The notes beneath the pieces were generated by a model. It worked only from the letters and a program-made list of their open reading frames with translations, made no database searches and was not told where the DNA came from. Shown one piece after another: positions 25,873 to 38,480 of a DNA stretch of 64,000 nt; position 1 is the first letter of the stretch; each line of letters starts with the position of its first letter. Source of the DNA: Octopus vulgaris (Eukaryota); the NCBI GenBank assembly GCA_951406725.2, contig OX597815.1, forward strand, positions 148,304,001 through 148,368,000, written 5' to 3'. Both the position numbers and the translations under genes were made by a program.

Positions 25873-27861
25873 ACGTGTGTATGTCTGTGTGTGTTTGTGT
25901 GTTGAAAATCCATATGATTTCTTGTTGCTCACAAATGTAACATGTTCTGCGGTTTCGTTTACTTTTCTTATGCATTAGATGCATTTCATATTGATGATGG
26001 TACATTATTTTCTCACAAAAAAACAAAAGAAAAAAAAGACAAAACAGAAAACACATTCTTTTTCAATTTACAACTGGCACTTGACAGCTTTATAGAATTT
26101 CTTTCGTTAAGTACTTTTTGTGTATTAGTCTTATCACTTATAGCCTTGTATGATGTTTTCGTCTATGACATTTTATAATTCTATTTGCAAATGACGGAAT
26201 GTTTTTTAGCCTTTGTTTCATAAATATCAGTTACTTTAGAAAATATGTGACAGAGTCGTTTTCCACGTACACGTTATTTTATCTCTTCCTCTTTTTTTTT
26301 TTTTTGCGAGGCGGGATATTTCATATGTTCTTATTTGTATTTGCTTTCACAATTACTATGGACCGTACATACAATTGTCTAAGGTAATTGACGTTATCTC
26401 ATGCTATAAATGGTTAAAATGCAGTCGAAATGTTGCTTGTTTTCATATCTCATGTTGCTAAATTGCTTAATTTTATACTAAGAATATAAGAATAATAAAG
26501 TTATTCATGGGAAGGTTAGGTTATTGTTGTATATTACCTTACTGAAGTTTGCGATGCGTTTTGTTTTACATATTAATGCAATCCATTTTGAATATTCCCT
26601 CCAACATTCTTCGCTTGAATGTATCTAAATCTGTTGTTTTTAAATATTTCACGTTCTAAAGCCTCTGTTTATTTTAATTCCCTTATCTCTCTTTCTTTAT
26701 CTCTATCATGATATTAACATTTTAAATTAAATTATTTTAAATTAATTTAGTTCTCATCAGATTTAACTAGTGGCATTTTTCTGTTTCATAGTTTGCATCA
26801 ATATCTGCAGTAAAATTGCGTCATGTATTATTCTATAATTATATATATATATTTTTCATCTGCCTCGAACAATATCAGAATATGCATCTATAAATGACAG
26901 ATGATTGTCATCTCTGTAACATTTTGATCCGACAGCAATGTGGTTTCGCACATTCCACAACACTGATTTGAATACGCAAACAGATAATGTATAAAATATA
27001 TTTAATCTGTATATTTATGCTGCAGATGAATTAAGATTACTGCACCAAAATTTAAAACTATACCTGTATTTGCCAACTTCTTATGTAATGCGTGATGTAA
27101 TTGGTTATTTCTGCTTCTACAATGTACAGGCATATTTCCAGAATCTATGAGTATGAGTCACCGTCAACAACCATAAAATTGTGCATCCGTGTCATAGTGA
27201 AGCTATTCTTTCAATGTAATTAAAATTTCAAAGTTACTAGTCTTTGAATCATTGACTTAATACGTGAGTTTATATTTCCAAATGTTCAAAGTTTTCCACT
27301 ATGACTCTATTACGGGAAAGGTTTTACATAATTCAGATTATGAGCCAATAAGTCTAACAGTTGCGCTCCACATTGTTTTCCTTTTGGTAAACTCTCCAAG
27401 TGTTATATATGGCAAATTTCCGGTTATCATTAAATATCTCTTTTAACATGAAGTTACATTTGAAAATTTTTAAAGATTCAATTTTAGAGTTTCTCTCCTG
27501 TTGATATACTCGTAAACTTCATTCTTTGTAAATTGAGGAAATACAAATTTTAAAACAATATAGCCACATAATATAGTCCAGGTATAGCAATCGAATTTGT
27601 CATGAATTATCCATAACAGCAACTGAAACGCCTTCAATATTATTTCTGCTCTTGCACATATTTTAATTATATTTCTAGCTAAGTCTCAACGATATCCTTG
27701 AATTTTAATTGTTTTGTTCAAAGATTCATTAATGTTCAAGAAGGAAAGAAAAGCCGATATAGTGCCAATGTCTTGCTAGAAGTGTATTTGATTTCAAGTG
27801 TTTATTTCAATTTTTTTTTTATTTATCTGTCGATTTTTAATGCTTTTTATTTCCGCTTCAG

Positions 27862-28357
27862 TACACAATATAGAAACATTTCTCATAGCTCCAGCAGACA
27901 AAATGGAATCGGCCTGCCCCGTAGTATGGCGAGGCATATGCGTTACAACAACAACTTGCACTCACGAGTTCACATTCGCGGACAGTAGTAAGCTAGGATA
28001 CGCTACGTGGGCCAAGAAGGCTAGGAGGTCTCCACTGCAAACATTTCCACCATTGACTTATCGGAGAGTGACCGATACTTTTAACAGGCTTCTTTTCTCA
28101 ATCTGACGAGCAGTGACACCTAGGCTGGTAGCTGGAAAACACCAAGTTGCCGCTGGAAGTGTGACAGCATATGGTGATACAGATAATGAGCCTATCACCA
28201 CAAAACCGGGAAACTGTCATATTGTCCGGCTTTTTAATGTCTCCTCGTTGTAGACCTGTTCACTGGAGCTGGGAATGGAAGCCTGCAGCGTCTAGGCCAT
28301 GCTTCATGTTAAGGGAAGCATGGCGTGGAAGGCGGTCATTACTTTCGCTGGATCACG
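27862..28357 (+). other. Candidate host-gene exon (496 nt): 5'UTR with upstream ATGs and possible coding start MLHVKGSMAWKAVITFAGS(R) at 28299
   Basis: Pyrimidine tract tgctttttatttccgcttcAG before it and cacg|GTGAGT donor after it; GC-richer unique island in a repeat-poor 26.1-31 kb block; no frame open throughout; protein not recognised. Confidence 0.5.
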
Positions 28358-31069
28358 GTGAGTGGAGGCCGAACATACACACACATATACACGCATTCAC
28401 ATTTGCACATATTTTTTCTCACACTGAAGATGGAACAACCTCAATTGAACAGAAGGTATTTAATTTTTTTAATTAATTTGGTGTGTCCAGTCACATTTGT
28501 TACATTTAACTATTGTTAGTAATTCGTATTTATATTAAATATTTATACTACTCCTTAAATTTGTATGCCAGGACATAAAAAAAAATCTGTGGACTAGAAG
28601 CATATTTGAAAATGTGCGAATTCTTTTTATCATAAATGCCTTTTTATGTCTCAAATGTGTCACGATGAGGACTCTAGTTCTGTAGGTATGTTTACAATGA
28701 AGATATAACAAAAGAAGTAAGCTCACAAGATAACTTTTATCTATATCAAGTGTACAATATATTTATCGGAAATCACGCAGTCCTCTTTGTCGCTCAATTA
28801 ATGCTTAGAATATATTATAAAACATATTTGTAAAACGATGCCTGCATGAAATATGTAAACACATTTCAATGGCTACATGTGATTAAACTAAAAGCTCTTG
28901 AATACTGTTATGTTTGTACTCACAAGTCTATCACATGTATATCTACAAAATATGTTTGTGAATATGCAACATGTATATAATAACCGCATTGAAATTTCAA
29001 CCAAACAGTTTCGATGTACATATAAAACAAACATGAAGAATTATACATTTTATGTTAAAATCCTAACAGTAGATTCATGGGAGTCCGAAAGGGCATTTAC
29101 ACATTACTAGCAAAATTATGATTAATAGATAGTGAACCATTTCGTGGTAACATATCGTGTTATACTAAGATTCCAGTAAAAATTAATGTCCGTAACAATA
29201 TTTTTAAAAGCCAATGTAATATTAACAAAGGGGAACAAGACATTCAATATCTCATATATCAGGTAACTGTCATAATGTAAAGATTATGCTGAAGAGATTG
29301 TGAATTTAGATATTTCAATCTTTTTAACGTTTTCCCGATCACATTGGACATCAAGGGTGTTAGTTGCTGCTTTTGAACTAAGGGAAAACTAACAGTGCGT
29401 ATTTAATTTCAGTGGTTCAAAAACTTCGTTTCAAACGGAAATCTTATTCATCAAATAGCATTAATAAATCCCATGGTAAAAACAACTAAATTAGATGATT
29501 TGCAAAATTCATTTTGGAAATGGATATCCATAGCTCGTTGAAATGATTGCGATGGACGGGAAAGATTAGAAGTAAAATAATCATGCGGATTAGATTTCGA
29601 CACCTGCCGGTCATATCGCAAAAACTCCCAATGTAAAATTATGAAAGCATCAAACTGAATCCACTGATAAGCGATGTGAAACTACTAATTGTAACTCGCA
29701 CAAATAGGAATTAATCTAACTTTATCATAAAATTTTCGTAATGGTTTGACGTATTTTAGTTAACTTGTGCTATAAAAGATATAAAATGAAAAACAATTTA
29801 ATTCAATGCAGTAAAAACTGATGAACGGCAGCGTACAAATGAACTAGATTTAATAAATGTACTTGATTTAATATTCAAAGTTAAATGGAACACCGATTTT
29901 AACTTTAGATTCTGACTCCAGATATAACTACGTTGAATGCAATCGTTATAATGAATATATAACTGTGCTACACTGTGTTCGATAATTTTAAACGTATTTC
30001 CATTACAAAATGGGTTCTTACATAAGCCAGCATTTCGTATTAATTAACGGATTTAATAGAGAAATCATTTCTCATTTGTGTATTTTTATGTAGATTTTCC
30101 ATGTGTATGATTTAATATTTATATCGTTTATTCAATTTCCAAATGAAACAAAAGTTTTGAATATTACAGAGACGCAAACATGATCTAAATCAATCAATTA
30201 TTTAGGCCGACAAACAATCAATCATTCAGACAATTCAATGCAGAAATATTTCCATTAAAGTTTTTAGTATCGTATTGAACTGTGTGGTTTGCCTAAAACA
30301 AAGACTGTTAATCCACTAATTCGTAAGTTATATTTCTAATGATAATATGCAAAATATACAGAGATAAAAAGATAGAAAAATAGTGAGATAGAGAGATAGA
30401 TAAATATACACCCCATTTATTAACAAATATATACATATGTAAACATACACGCATACTTATATATATATACGCATACATCTACACATACACGCATATATAA
30501 ATATTTACTGACGCATGCGTACGTTTTGTTGTAGGTAGTTCTCTCATGCATCGCCAATTACCATTTGTTTCATGTGTCTAAGTATTAGATAGTGAAGTAT
30601 TTAGAATACAATTTCAAACAGTATTTATCAAATTTGCATTGACAAAATTGAAACTAAATTTCAGATGTGTTTGTGATCAGTTGGAGCTTGGTAAATAAAG
30701 ATGGGAAAATCAATAAAATAGTTCATTTGTTGATAATCTGTTTTCTAGAGAAATATTTATATTCGTGTGGTAGTAACTGCAGTTAATTTGATATTTTATA
30801 AATAAGATACTAGTTTATACTACAAATAATATTATTTCCAAGAGTCCATATATGCTTAAAAATCAATATTCATGTACAGATATATGTAATGATGCGTTTG
30901 CAATCACTCGTTATACAGCAAAATTGCAATATTTGAAATCATTTAAAGAAGTATAATATGCCTCAATAAAGTATATAATATAAATGTCCGCAATCATAAT
31001 TTCAGGAGACATCTTAATCACAGATACACGCACATACACACACGCACTTATGCACACACGTACACAAAT

Positions 31070-31420
31070 ACTCCATCGGTTTCGACGACGAGGGTTCCAA
31101 CTGATACGATCAACATAACAGCCTGCTCAGGAAATTAATCATCCCACAGCCACGTTTGCCCTAAACGTAATTCTCGGGGAGATTCAGCGTGACACAGAGT
31201 GTGACAAGGCTGACAATAAAGGTACAACAGTGTGACAATGCAAGTACAACAGAAACAGGAAGAAAGAGTGAGAGAAATTTTTTTTGAAAGAGTACAGTAA
31301 GGTTCGAAAAACACCCGCCCCCCCTGCTGGAGCGTCGTGGAGCTATAGGTGTTTTCGCTCAATAAATACTCACAACGCCAGGTCTGGGAATCGAAATCAC
31401 GATCCTCCGACCGCGAGTTC
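31070..31420 (-). mobile_element. SINE family D
   Basis: Reverse complement of the 17132 copy. Confidence 0.8.
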
Positions 31421-31679
31421 GCTTTCCATCACCACACAGAAATACACATATGGGTAGAAATAAATATCAGAATCACAGACGGTATTAGTACCGAGAAGAA
31501 TGTTTGTTCTAACAGAGTATTCATGTTTAAGTGGGAATAAATATTGCATCTTTGTATAACATATTTGTGAATGATGCTTTAAAGTGCCACTTTAAAAAGG
31601 ATTTTTATTGTTTCACTTGAAATTCTGTCGGGGAGACACACGCGCGCGCGTGCACTCACGCACACACTTAGGTATATTA

Positions 31680-31960
31680 TACTTGTTTGTCATTCGACTG
31701 TGGCATGCTTGTTCCCCCCCTACCAATATTTTTTAGTTGAAGGTGTTCGTCCCAGTACAAAGTTCTCCCTATGGAGCTGTTTTGCTCTATCGTAAAGTTA
31801 TAGGATAGTAAGCAATCCAACACCGGTTGTATAGTGGTGGCTGGTGACAAACTGAAACACATAAGAAAATACATATACAGAACAGGCTTCTTTCAGTTCC
31901 AGTTGGGCTGGGGAAATACAAGAAGGCTCTTGCCCAAGGTGGCACACATTGCCATTGAAC
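31680..31960 (-). mobile_element. Highly decayed SINE family A
   Basis: cttgtttgtcattcgactgtggcatgct (tail) and ggcttctttcagtt..cttgcccaaggtggcac (head/core), reverse orientation. Confidence 0.55.
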
Positions 31961-32065
31961 ACCTCTAAAAAACATCAACCACGGAATTATAAGTGTGTGC
32001 ATGCGCGCGCGTATGTGTGCATGTGTAGCTATCTATCTGTCTGGCTATCTATCTATCAATGTATA

Positions 32066-32111
<46 letters not shown>

Positions 32112-32113
<2 letters not shown>

Positions 32114-32750
32114 AGTAATACTAAGCAATTAAGGGTTTAGCAACGAATTGCCTTACCGCACACCGAATTTAGAAATAGCAGTCAAAGAGATTATAGCTAT
32201 TTCTTCTTCTAGAAGGGAGATCACAGTAAAGACACAGCATTTGAAAGGCAAACACAAACAGGTAAGAGAGAATGAATTAACGGCAATCTATCATACAGTT
32301 TTAAGTCACCTACGGACGTACGTTTCGAGATCAAGTCTTAGGAAAGCATAAGAATTAGATAACTCTACCTTACCCAGACTTCTTCTCTCATCAGCGCAGG
32401 ATACAAACAATCATGAATGATTGAATATTGAATTTTGAGATACTAGAAGGCACCATCTCAACTCAGTATCAGAGCGAGCTAGAAGCCACAGCTAGTATCA
32501 CCAAATTCAAAGTATGAATGAAAGCTTGTGTCACCAGTCCCTTCCCACCCGCGTGTAGCCAAGACAAAGTGCTGTGGTCATTTACTGGGATGAATATGGT
32601 TATGAGTAACAATGAAGGGTGAAATTAATTAATTTGGAATAATTATCAATTACACCAAGTAGTCTTCGGCATGTAAAAGCCTCATTCGAGGAAAATTTAA
32701 GTAATACTAAGCAATTAAGGGTTTAGCAACGAATTGCCTTACCGCACACC

Positions 32751-32754
<4 letters not shown>
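32112..32754 (-). mobile_element. Retrozyme-like element: 586-nt monomer plus 57-bp terminal direct repeat, inserted in (TA)n
   Basis: Identical TAAGTAATACTAAGCAATTAAGGGTTTAGCAACGAATTGCCTTACCGCACACCGAAT at 32112-32168 and 32698-32754; internal HHR; no recognisable coding sequence. Confidence 0.8.
32309..32400 (-). ncRNA. Type I hammerhead ribozyme with long stem II
   Basis: Minus strand: cctgcg-CTGATGA-gaga[agaagtctgggtaagg...tttcctaagacttga]tctc-GAAA-CGTACG-TC-cgtagg. Full consensus core, 6-bp stem I, palindromic stem III ACGTACGT, GUC cleavage triplet. Confidence 0.9.
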
Positions 32755-32826
<72 letters not shown>

Positions 32827-32896
32827 GTAAAGTTTACGAAAATAAACAAAAGACGAAGGTAAATGTATTAGTATAGTGCTCAAGAATAGAAAAAGT

Positions 32897-32932
32897 ATTT
32901 TATGTTTCGAGCCTACTCTTTTCGACAGAAAG
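32897..32932 (-). ncRNA. Degenerate minimal hammerhead in a short repeat (32823-32960) related to the 3991 element
   Basis: Minus: ttt-CTGTCGA-aaa-gag(tagg)ctc-GAAA-CA-TA-aaat; core has A6>T and stem III is mutated; downstream sequence resembles that after 4025. Confidence 0.55.
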
Positions 32933-33063
32933 GTACACAGAAAAAAACCAGGAGAGAAGAATATGTATATATGCATATTTATGTATCTGACTCTCTCTCG
33001 TATATATATATATATATGTGCATTTGTGTGTTTGTGTGTGTGTGCGTGTGTGTGCGTGTGTGA

Positions 33064-33376
33064 AGGCGCATGGCTCAGGGGTTAGAGCGTCAAGCTTACG
33101 ATCGTGAGGTACTGAGTTCGGATCCGAGACCGGGCTGCGCGTTGTGTTTTTGAGCATTACACTTTATTTTACGTTGCTCCAGTTCACTCAGCAGTAGAAA
33201 TGACTTGCGACGTCACAGGTGCCAGGCTGTATCGGCCTTTGCCTTTCCCTTGGATAACTCTGGTAGCGTGGAGAGGAGAAGCCGGTATGCATGGGCGACT
33301 GCTGGTCATCCATAAACATCATTGCTCGGACTTGTGCCTGGGAGGGTAACCGATTAGGTGCAATCCCATGGTCTCA
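33064..33376 (+). mobile_element. SINE family C, near full length
   Basis: aggcgcatggctcaggggttagagcgtcaagcttacgatcgtgaggtactgagttcggatcc tRNA-like head with A/B boxes. Confidence 0.85.
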
Positions 33377-33419
<43 letters not shown>

Positions 33420-33505
33420 TACGAGAGAGAGAGAGAGAGAGGGAATCAGATACATAGATATGCATATATACCCACATATATGTGTGTATGTTTGTGTGTG
33501 TGTGC

Positions 33506-33570
<65 letters not shown>

Positions 33571-34345
33571 TGTGAGTGTATGTATCTATGTATTTATATG
33601 TTTATATGCGTGTATGTCTAAGTGTACCAAGTCCGGCTGAAGCGTACATACCTGACCAAGATACTCTCATCGAAAGCGGCCAGATGAGGTTTATTTTTCG
33701 CCATATCCCCACACATTTCTTCCCTTGGTGCTGCAGTGGTTGTGCTCCATTGGTGAAGAAGTTTTAATCCTGATGCTCAAAAATACCATCAGCAGTAGCA
33801 ATAACACCTTCGCCACTGTGATACCTGTTCCCAGCCTTGTATATTTCTCTCATGTTGGGGAAACTAAAATGTGACACCTGAGGAAAAACTCACATTGAAA
33901 TGGAATCGATAAAAACAGCAAATTCATAAATATTTAGAATAAACTTAAGTAAAGTCTTATGAATGTGGAAAATTGTTCTCCAGTGAATATGTAGGCTGTA
34001 GAAACATATATTTTCAAGCATTAATAATGATTATGAACTTCCATACGTAAGTTCTTTTTGTTATTAATACTATTATTTTTGTTGTTGTGTTGTTGTTGTT
34101 TTAATGAAAGCGCTCGGTCTTATTTGCTCTGGTTGAATCGGTGAGAGCCGGTTGTGAGAGGTTTCATAAGGTCACTTTCCGGAAATTATAAGCTTTGATA
34201 ATTGGATGTTAATTATCGTGGAAGGCATTCAACGACTAAATACCAATCTCATAATCCTAGCTATTCCCAGCAGAGCAGATTTTGGGCGGGGGGGGGGATT
34301 GCTTTGCTCTCATGTCCATTCCTATTTCATTGACATATTTCTCGA

Positions 34346-34346
<1 letters not shown>

Positions 34347-34376
<30 letters not shown>

Positions 34377-34458
34377 CTTCTTCTTCTTCTACTACTACTT
34401 CTTCTCCTTCTTCTCCTTCTTCTCCTTATTCTTCCTCTCCTTCTTCTTCTTCTTCTTC

Positions 34459-34491
<33 letters not shown>
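34347..34491. repeat. (CTT)n then (ATT)n microsatellite at the 3' junction of the R4/Dong element
   Basis: Direct reading. Confidence 0.95.
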
Positions 34492-34492
<1 letters not shown>

Positions 34493-37400
34493 ATTTTTTT
34501 CTTCTTCTTTCAAATTTTCTTCCATTTCTTGCCGAGTGTCTTCCCGACTCCTAGGGCAAAGAAACTCATAGTGTATATTGGTAGGCCATTAAACCAAACT
34601 CAGTAGTTCGTTCATTTAAAAAAAAAATTTTTTTTTTTTTTTTTTAAAGTTAAATTAAAATGCATGAGCAGCAACAGTTCTCACATCGACAATGCTCTTC
34701 TCAATACGTGTGATGTACCAGTTAAGACAATCTTTTGCACTTCTTGCAGGGATGGTAAGCCAGGGATCATTCTCATATAATTTTCGGTTCCCTTCTTGAT
34801 CATTCCTAGTGCTCCTACGATCACTGGTATTGTAACCGCCTTGAGATGCCACATTTTCTCAATTTCAATGAGTAGGTCTTTATATTTTCTGAGCTTGTCA
34901 AACTCTTTCGCTGAGATATTATGATCACAGGGGATGCTCATGTCGATCAATAAGCAAACTTTATTGTTTTGGTCTTTCACAACAATATCTGGTTTATTGG
35001 CCTTGATGGTTCGGTCTGTATGTACTGGAAAGTCCCACAGAATGGTTACATTTTCTCCTTCATTTACAGCCTCAGGGTGGTGATTATACCACTTGTCGGC
35101 AGTTTTGATATTGTAATGCCGACTTATTAGCCAGTGGAGATATTGGCCAACTCTGTCATGTCTTAATTTATACTCCACTGGTGCTAAGACTTTACATCCA
35201 GAGATTAGGTGGTCCACTGTTTCAATCATGTCGTTGCAGAATCGGCATTTTGGGTCTGCTCCATTTTTCATCACATTGGCCTGGTAGTTCCGGGTTGATA
35301 GGCTTTGGTCTTGAGCAGCCAGGATGAAACCTTCGCTCTCTGCTTTTAGCCCTGAGCTCCGCAGCCACTGATGGGTTTGCTTCTGGTCAACATCAGCTTG
35401 TTTGCTGCGGGTCACATATTTGCCGTGCAGAGGTTTCTCCTCCCACCTATCAGCCAATTGCTCGTGCGATTTTTTCATTGCCATCATTTTCACCTTCTTT
35501 GCAACAATAGTTGCCGTACTTCCCTCGGGTTGTTCAGTTTGGGTATCCTGCACGAGATCAATAGCAAATTTTTTGCTTTCCTTGATGATAGAATGAAGCT
35601 TCTTTCGTCTCTCGTGATTTTCCACGAGCTTTAGCATCCAGTCATTCGATATTTCGAGATATTTGGCCAGTCCGATTGTGGTTGTTTTGTAAGCTAGTTC
35701 AAATTGGATCAGGCCTCGACCTCCTTGGGCTCTGGGAAGGTAAAGGCGATCTACGTCTGCCTTTGGGTGGTGCATCCTATTACAACTCAGCAGCTTGCGT
35801 ATTTTTTCTATCTATATTATTTACTTCACTCATATTCCAGTTCAACACATTGTAGCTATAAGTAACAACTGGAACTGCTAGGGAATTTATAGCTAACACC
35901 TTGTTACGTGCATTTAGTTCAGATTTCAGGACTGCACGAACTCTCCTATAACATTCCTTCCTGATCTTCTCTTCCATGCTTGCATGCTGAATACCAGAGC
36001 CTTCATTTATCCCTAAATATTTGTATGTTTGTTCTTGCTCAAGCTCTCTTATGACTGTGTCAACATCTAACACGACTGAATTTGTGGTCTTCAGTTTCCC
36101 TTTCTGGAAAGTGGCCTTGGCACACTTCTCAAGTCCAAACTCCATCCCGATGTCATCGCTGAATGATTTCACGGTGCGCAATAGGCCTTCAAGTTCATTA
36201 TTGTCTTTACCATAAAGTTTTAAGTCATCCATATAAAATAGATGGCTTATTTTTTTATTGGCAATTTTATACCCATACCCTGTTCTGTTTAATTCACTTG
36301 TAAGGGGTATTAGGGCTATGCAGAATATTAAAGGTGAAAGTGAGTCACCTTGAAAAATACCACAGTTGATGTTTATATTTTCTGAGGCAAGTACTCCATT
36401 AGAGTGGTATAATTGGAGATTCGTATTCCACAACGACATATTGTGCTTCAGGAAGTTTGAAATCACAGGGGAAATTTTAAAGATGTCCAGCGATCTCAAG
36501 ATCCATGGATGCGGTATACTGTCGAAGGCCTTTTTATAGTCAATCCATGCGGTGCTGAGATTTCTGCGCTTGTTTTGACAGTTCTCAAGGATCATACGAT
36601 TGATTAGCAGTTGATCTTTGCATCCGTAAGAGCCTCGGTGGCACCCTTTTTGTTCAATGGGGAAAATATCGTTCCTCTCCATGAATGCATATGTTTTCTC
36701 CGCCAGGATAGATGTTAGGATTTTATACGTGGTGGATAGACAGGTTATAGGCCGATAGTTTTTTGGAAGGTTGGTTTCGTTATTCTTTGGGAGTAGGTAA
36801 GTAATGCCACTTGCTAACCATTCAGGTGTTTTCTTTGGGTCTCTCATAATTCCATTGAGCAGCTGAACTAGCTTACCGTGTGCGTACGGGAGCGATGCGA
36901 GCCAGAAATTCGGCACCCTATCTTTACCGGGGGATTTCCAATTATGGGCCTTCGTGAGTGCCTTTCTTAGGTCTGCTATTGTGATGTCTTCCCATGCTTG
37001 TTGTTGTAAATTTTGGTAGGATCCTTCAGTTTGTATAATCCAGTCTGCATTTATGTTGTACGTCTTCTTGTCACTCCAAATCCTTTTCCAAAAGTTTTGA
37101 ACTTCTTCCATGGGAGGGGGGTCTTTAACGGTTACTTTCTCCTTCCCTATTTCTCTGTAGAATTTTTTGGCATTGGATGTGAACAGCTTATTTTGCTTGT
37201 AAAACTTGTTTCTCTTCTCAAATCTTCGTATTCTTTGGGCTTTTGCTTGGACTTTTTGTTTCAGCGTTTCTTTTATTGATATCAGTTCTTCTCTTGGTGA
37301 GGATCCAAATTTTCTCTTCATCTTTCTTCTTGTTCTGGATCTTACATCATTTCCACATATTAGTTCATTTAATATTGATATTTCCCCTCTCATAAATTCA

Positions 37401-38480
37401 ATCTCTTTTTCAATTTTACTTCTCCAGGTTTGATTTCTTCCTAGGTTTTGTTTTCTTTGTTTTTTCGGGGGCATACAGCTGGTTTCAATTGCCCTAGCAG
37501 AAGCGTAAATAATTTCATTTAACTCAGTAAAATCAGGTTTTAATTCTCGTATTATTTCATTTGTTACATAGTTGCCAATTTGGATTTGTTTTTTATTTTG
37601 GCTTGTATTTGAGAGTTTATGAAGCGGTTCTCTATCATTCATACTTGTATGTCTTACAAATTCAAGCGTATTCAGGATTTTCTGCCTCATTTCTGCTATA
37701 GACTCTCTGTGTTCTTCAGCAAATGAGAGATCTTCAGTTACTGTTGTTTTTTCGTCTTCCTGGCTATCTTTAACAGGTACAATAGAATTTCTTGTATCTT
37801 CAGGCCTTTGCGTACTTTGGTCAGATGGCAGTCTTTCAATTAAGCCTCGTGGCGGGCTATACTGTTCATCTGATTCTTCATTTCCTTTGTGTCTTATATT
37901 TATGTCATTTTCCCTTGCGTGCTTGATCGCGCTTATTTCACTGTCTGTGAGTCTGTTATTTCTAAAGATATCCCTCCTCACATTTGCTAATTTGTTCTCG
38001 TCCAAATAGGGCCTACTGTCTTGATTCCGTGTTCTCCATATACTGTAAGTGTTTGCGGTGTGTCTCTCTTGAGATGGCCTACCTAATGCATAGTAATAAG
38101 CGTATATTACTTCTTTATACTCTTCTCGGGTCCATTTGTTCCGCTTACATTTTTCTTTCTGTGGTGGTTGTGGTGGTGAACTTGGAGGGCTCGAGTTGGG
38201 GGATTTCCCGTTCAAGTGACCATCCATGTCCGTATTCGGAGAAGAGTTTGTGCCAGTTGATGACTTTTCGATCCCAGGCTGGCTCTTCCCTGGGGGACGC
38301 GCTTCCAGATTAACCATAGGACAACCGATTTGGTATACTGATTTAGTTTTCCTTTTAGTTTCCAAAAACATTTTGGTGCTACGATAATGTTATCATTTTT
38401 TAGCTTTGATTGGCTCGTGGGGAGACGGCCATCTTTGCCGTTACAATTATAATCGTACCATTATAGCAGCCGTAGTCGGC
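34492..38480 (-). mobile_element. Near-intact R4/Dong-type RLE non-LTR retrotransposon, ~4.0 kb, in TAA repeats
   Basis: Single long RT+RLE reading frame; both ends abut TAA-type repeats (5' ..ataataa|GCCGACTACGGC; 3' ..aaaatg|taataataa). Dong/R4-clade elements are known to target TAA repeats. Confidence 0.88.
34681..38371 (-). CDS. RT plus restriction-like endonuclease polyprotein (~1229 aa if one extra A in the run at 35802-35807 is removed)
   Basis: ORFs of 863 aa and 364 aa join as NIDRK-IRKLLSCNR-MHHPKADVDRLYLPRAQGGRGL. RT motifs NYRPITCL, WIDYKKAFDSIPH, GIFQGDSLSPLIF, YMDD, YKYLG; CRFC..H...C knuckle, RHD, PDIVV..LIDMSIP, KYKDL, GALG. Confidence 0.92.

Noticed and set aside
28103-28145. 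CTGACGA..GAAA hammerhead-like spacing in the candidate exon
   Set aside because: A short stem II (CAG/CTG) is possible, but no convincing stem I, stem III or NUH site could be built.
27798-28252. TGA at 28104-28106 read through as selenocysteine
   Set aside because: No recognisable selenoprotein motif and no SECIS identified; the frame closes soon afterwards.
29818-29840. CTGATGA-acg(gcag)cgt
   Set aside because: Followed by ACAA rather than GAAA, and no stem I.
32112-32754. CRISPR array or LTR retrotransposon reading of the direct repeats
   Set aside because: Only two repeats in eukaryotic DNA, no TG..CA ends, PBS or PPT; better explained as terminal redundancy of a monomer.
38372-38480. 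HDV-like ribozyme at the R4/Dong 5' end
   Set aside because: No 7-bp P1, P1.1 GG or nested double pseudoknot could be fitted; kept only as a structured leader.
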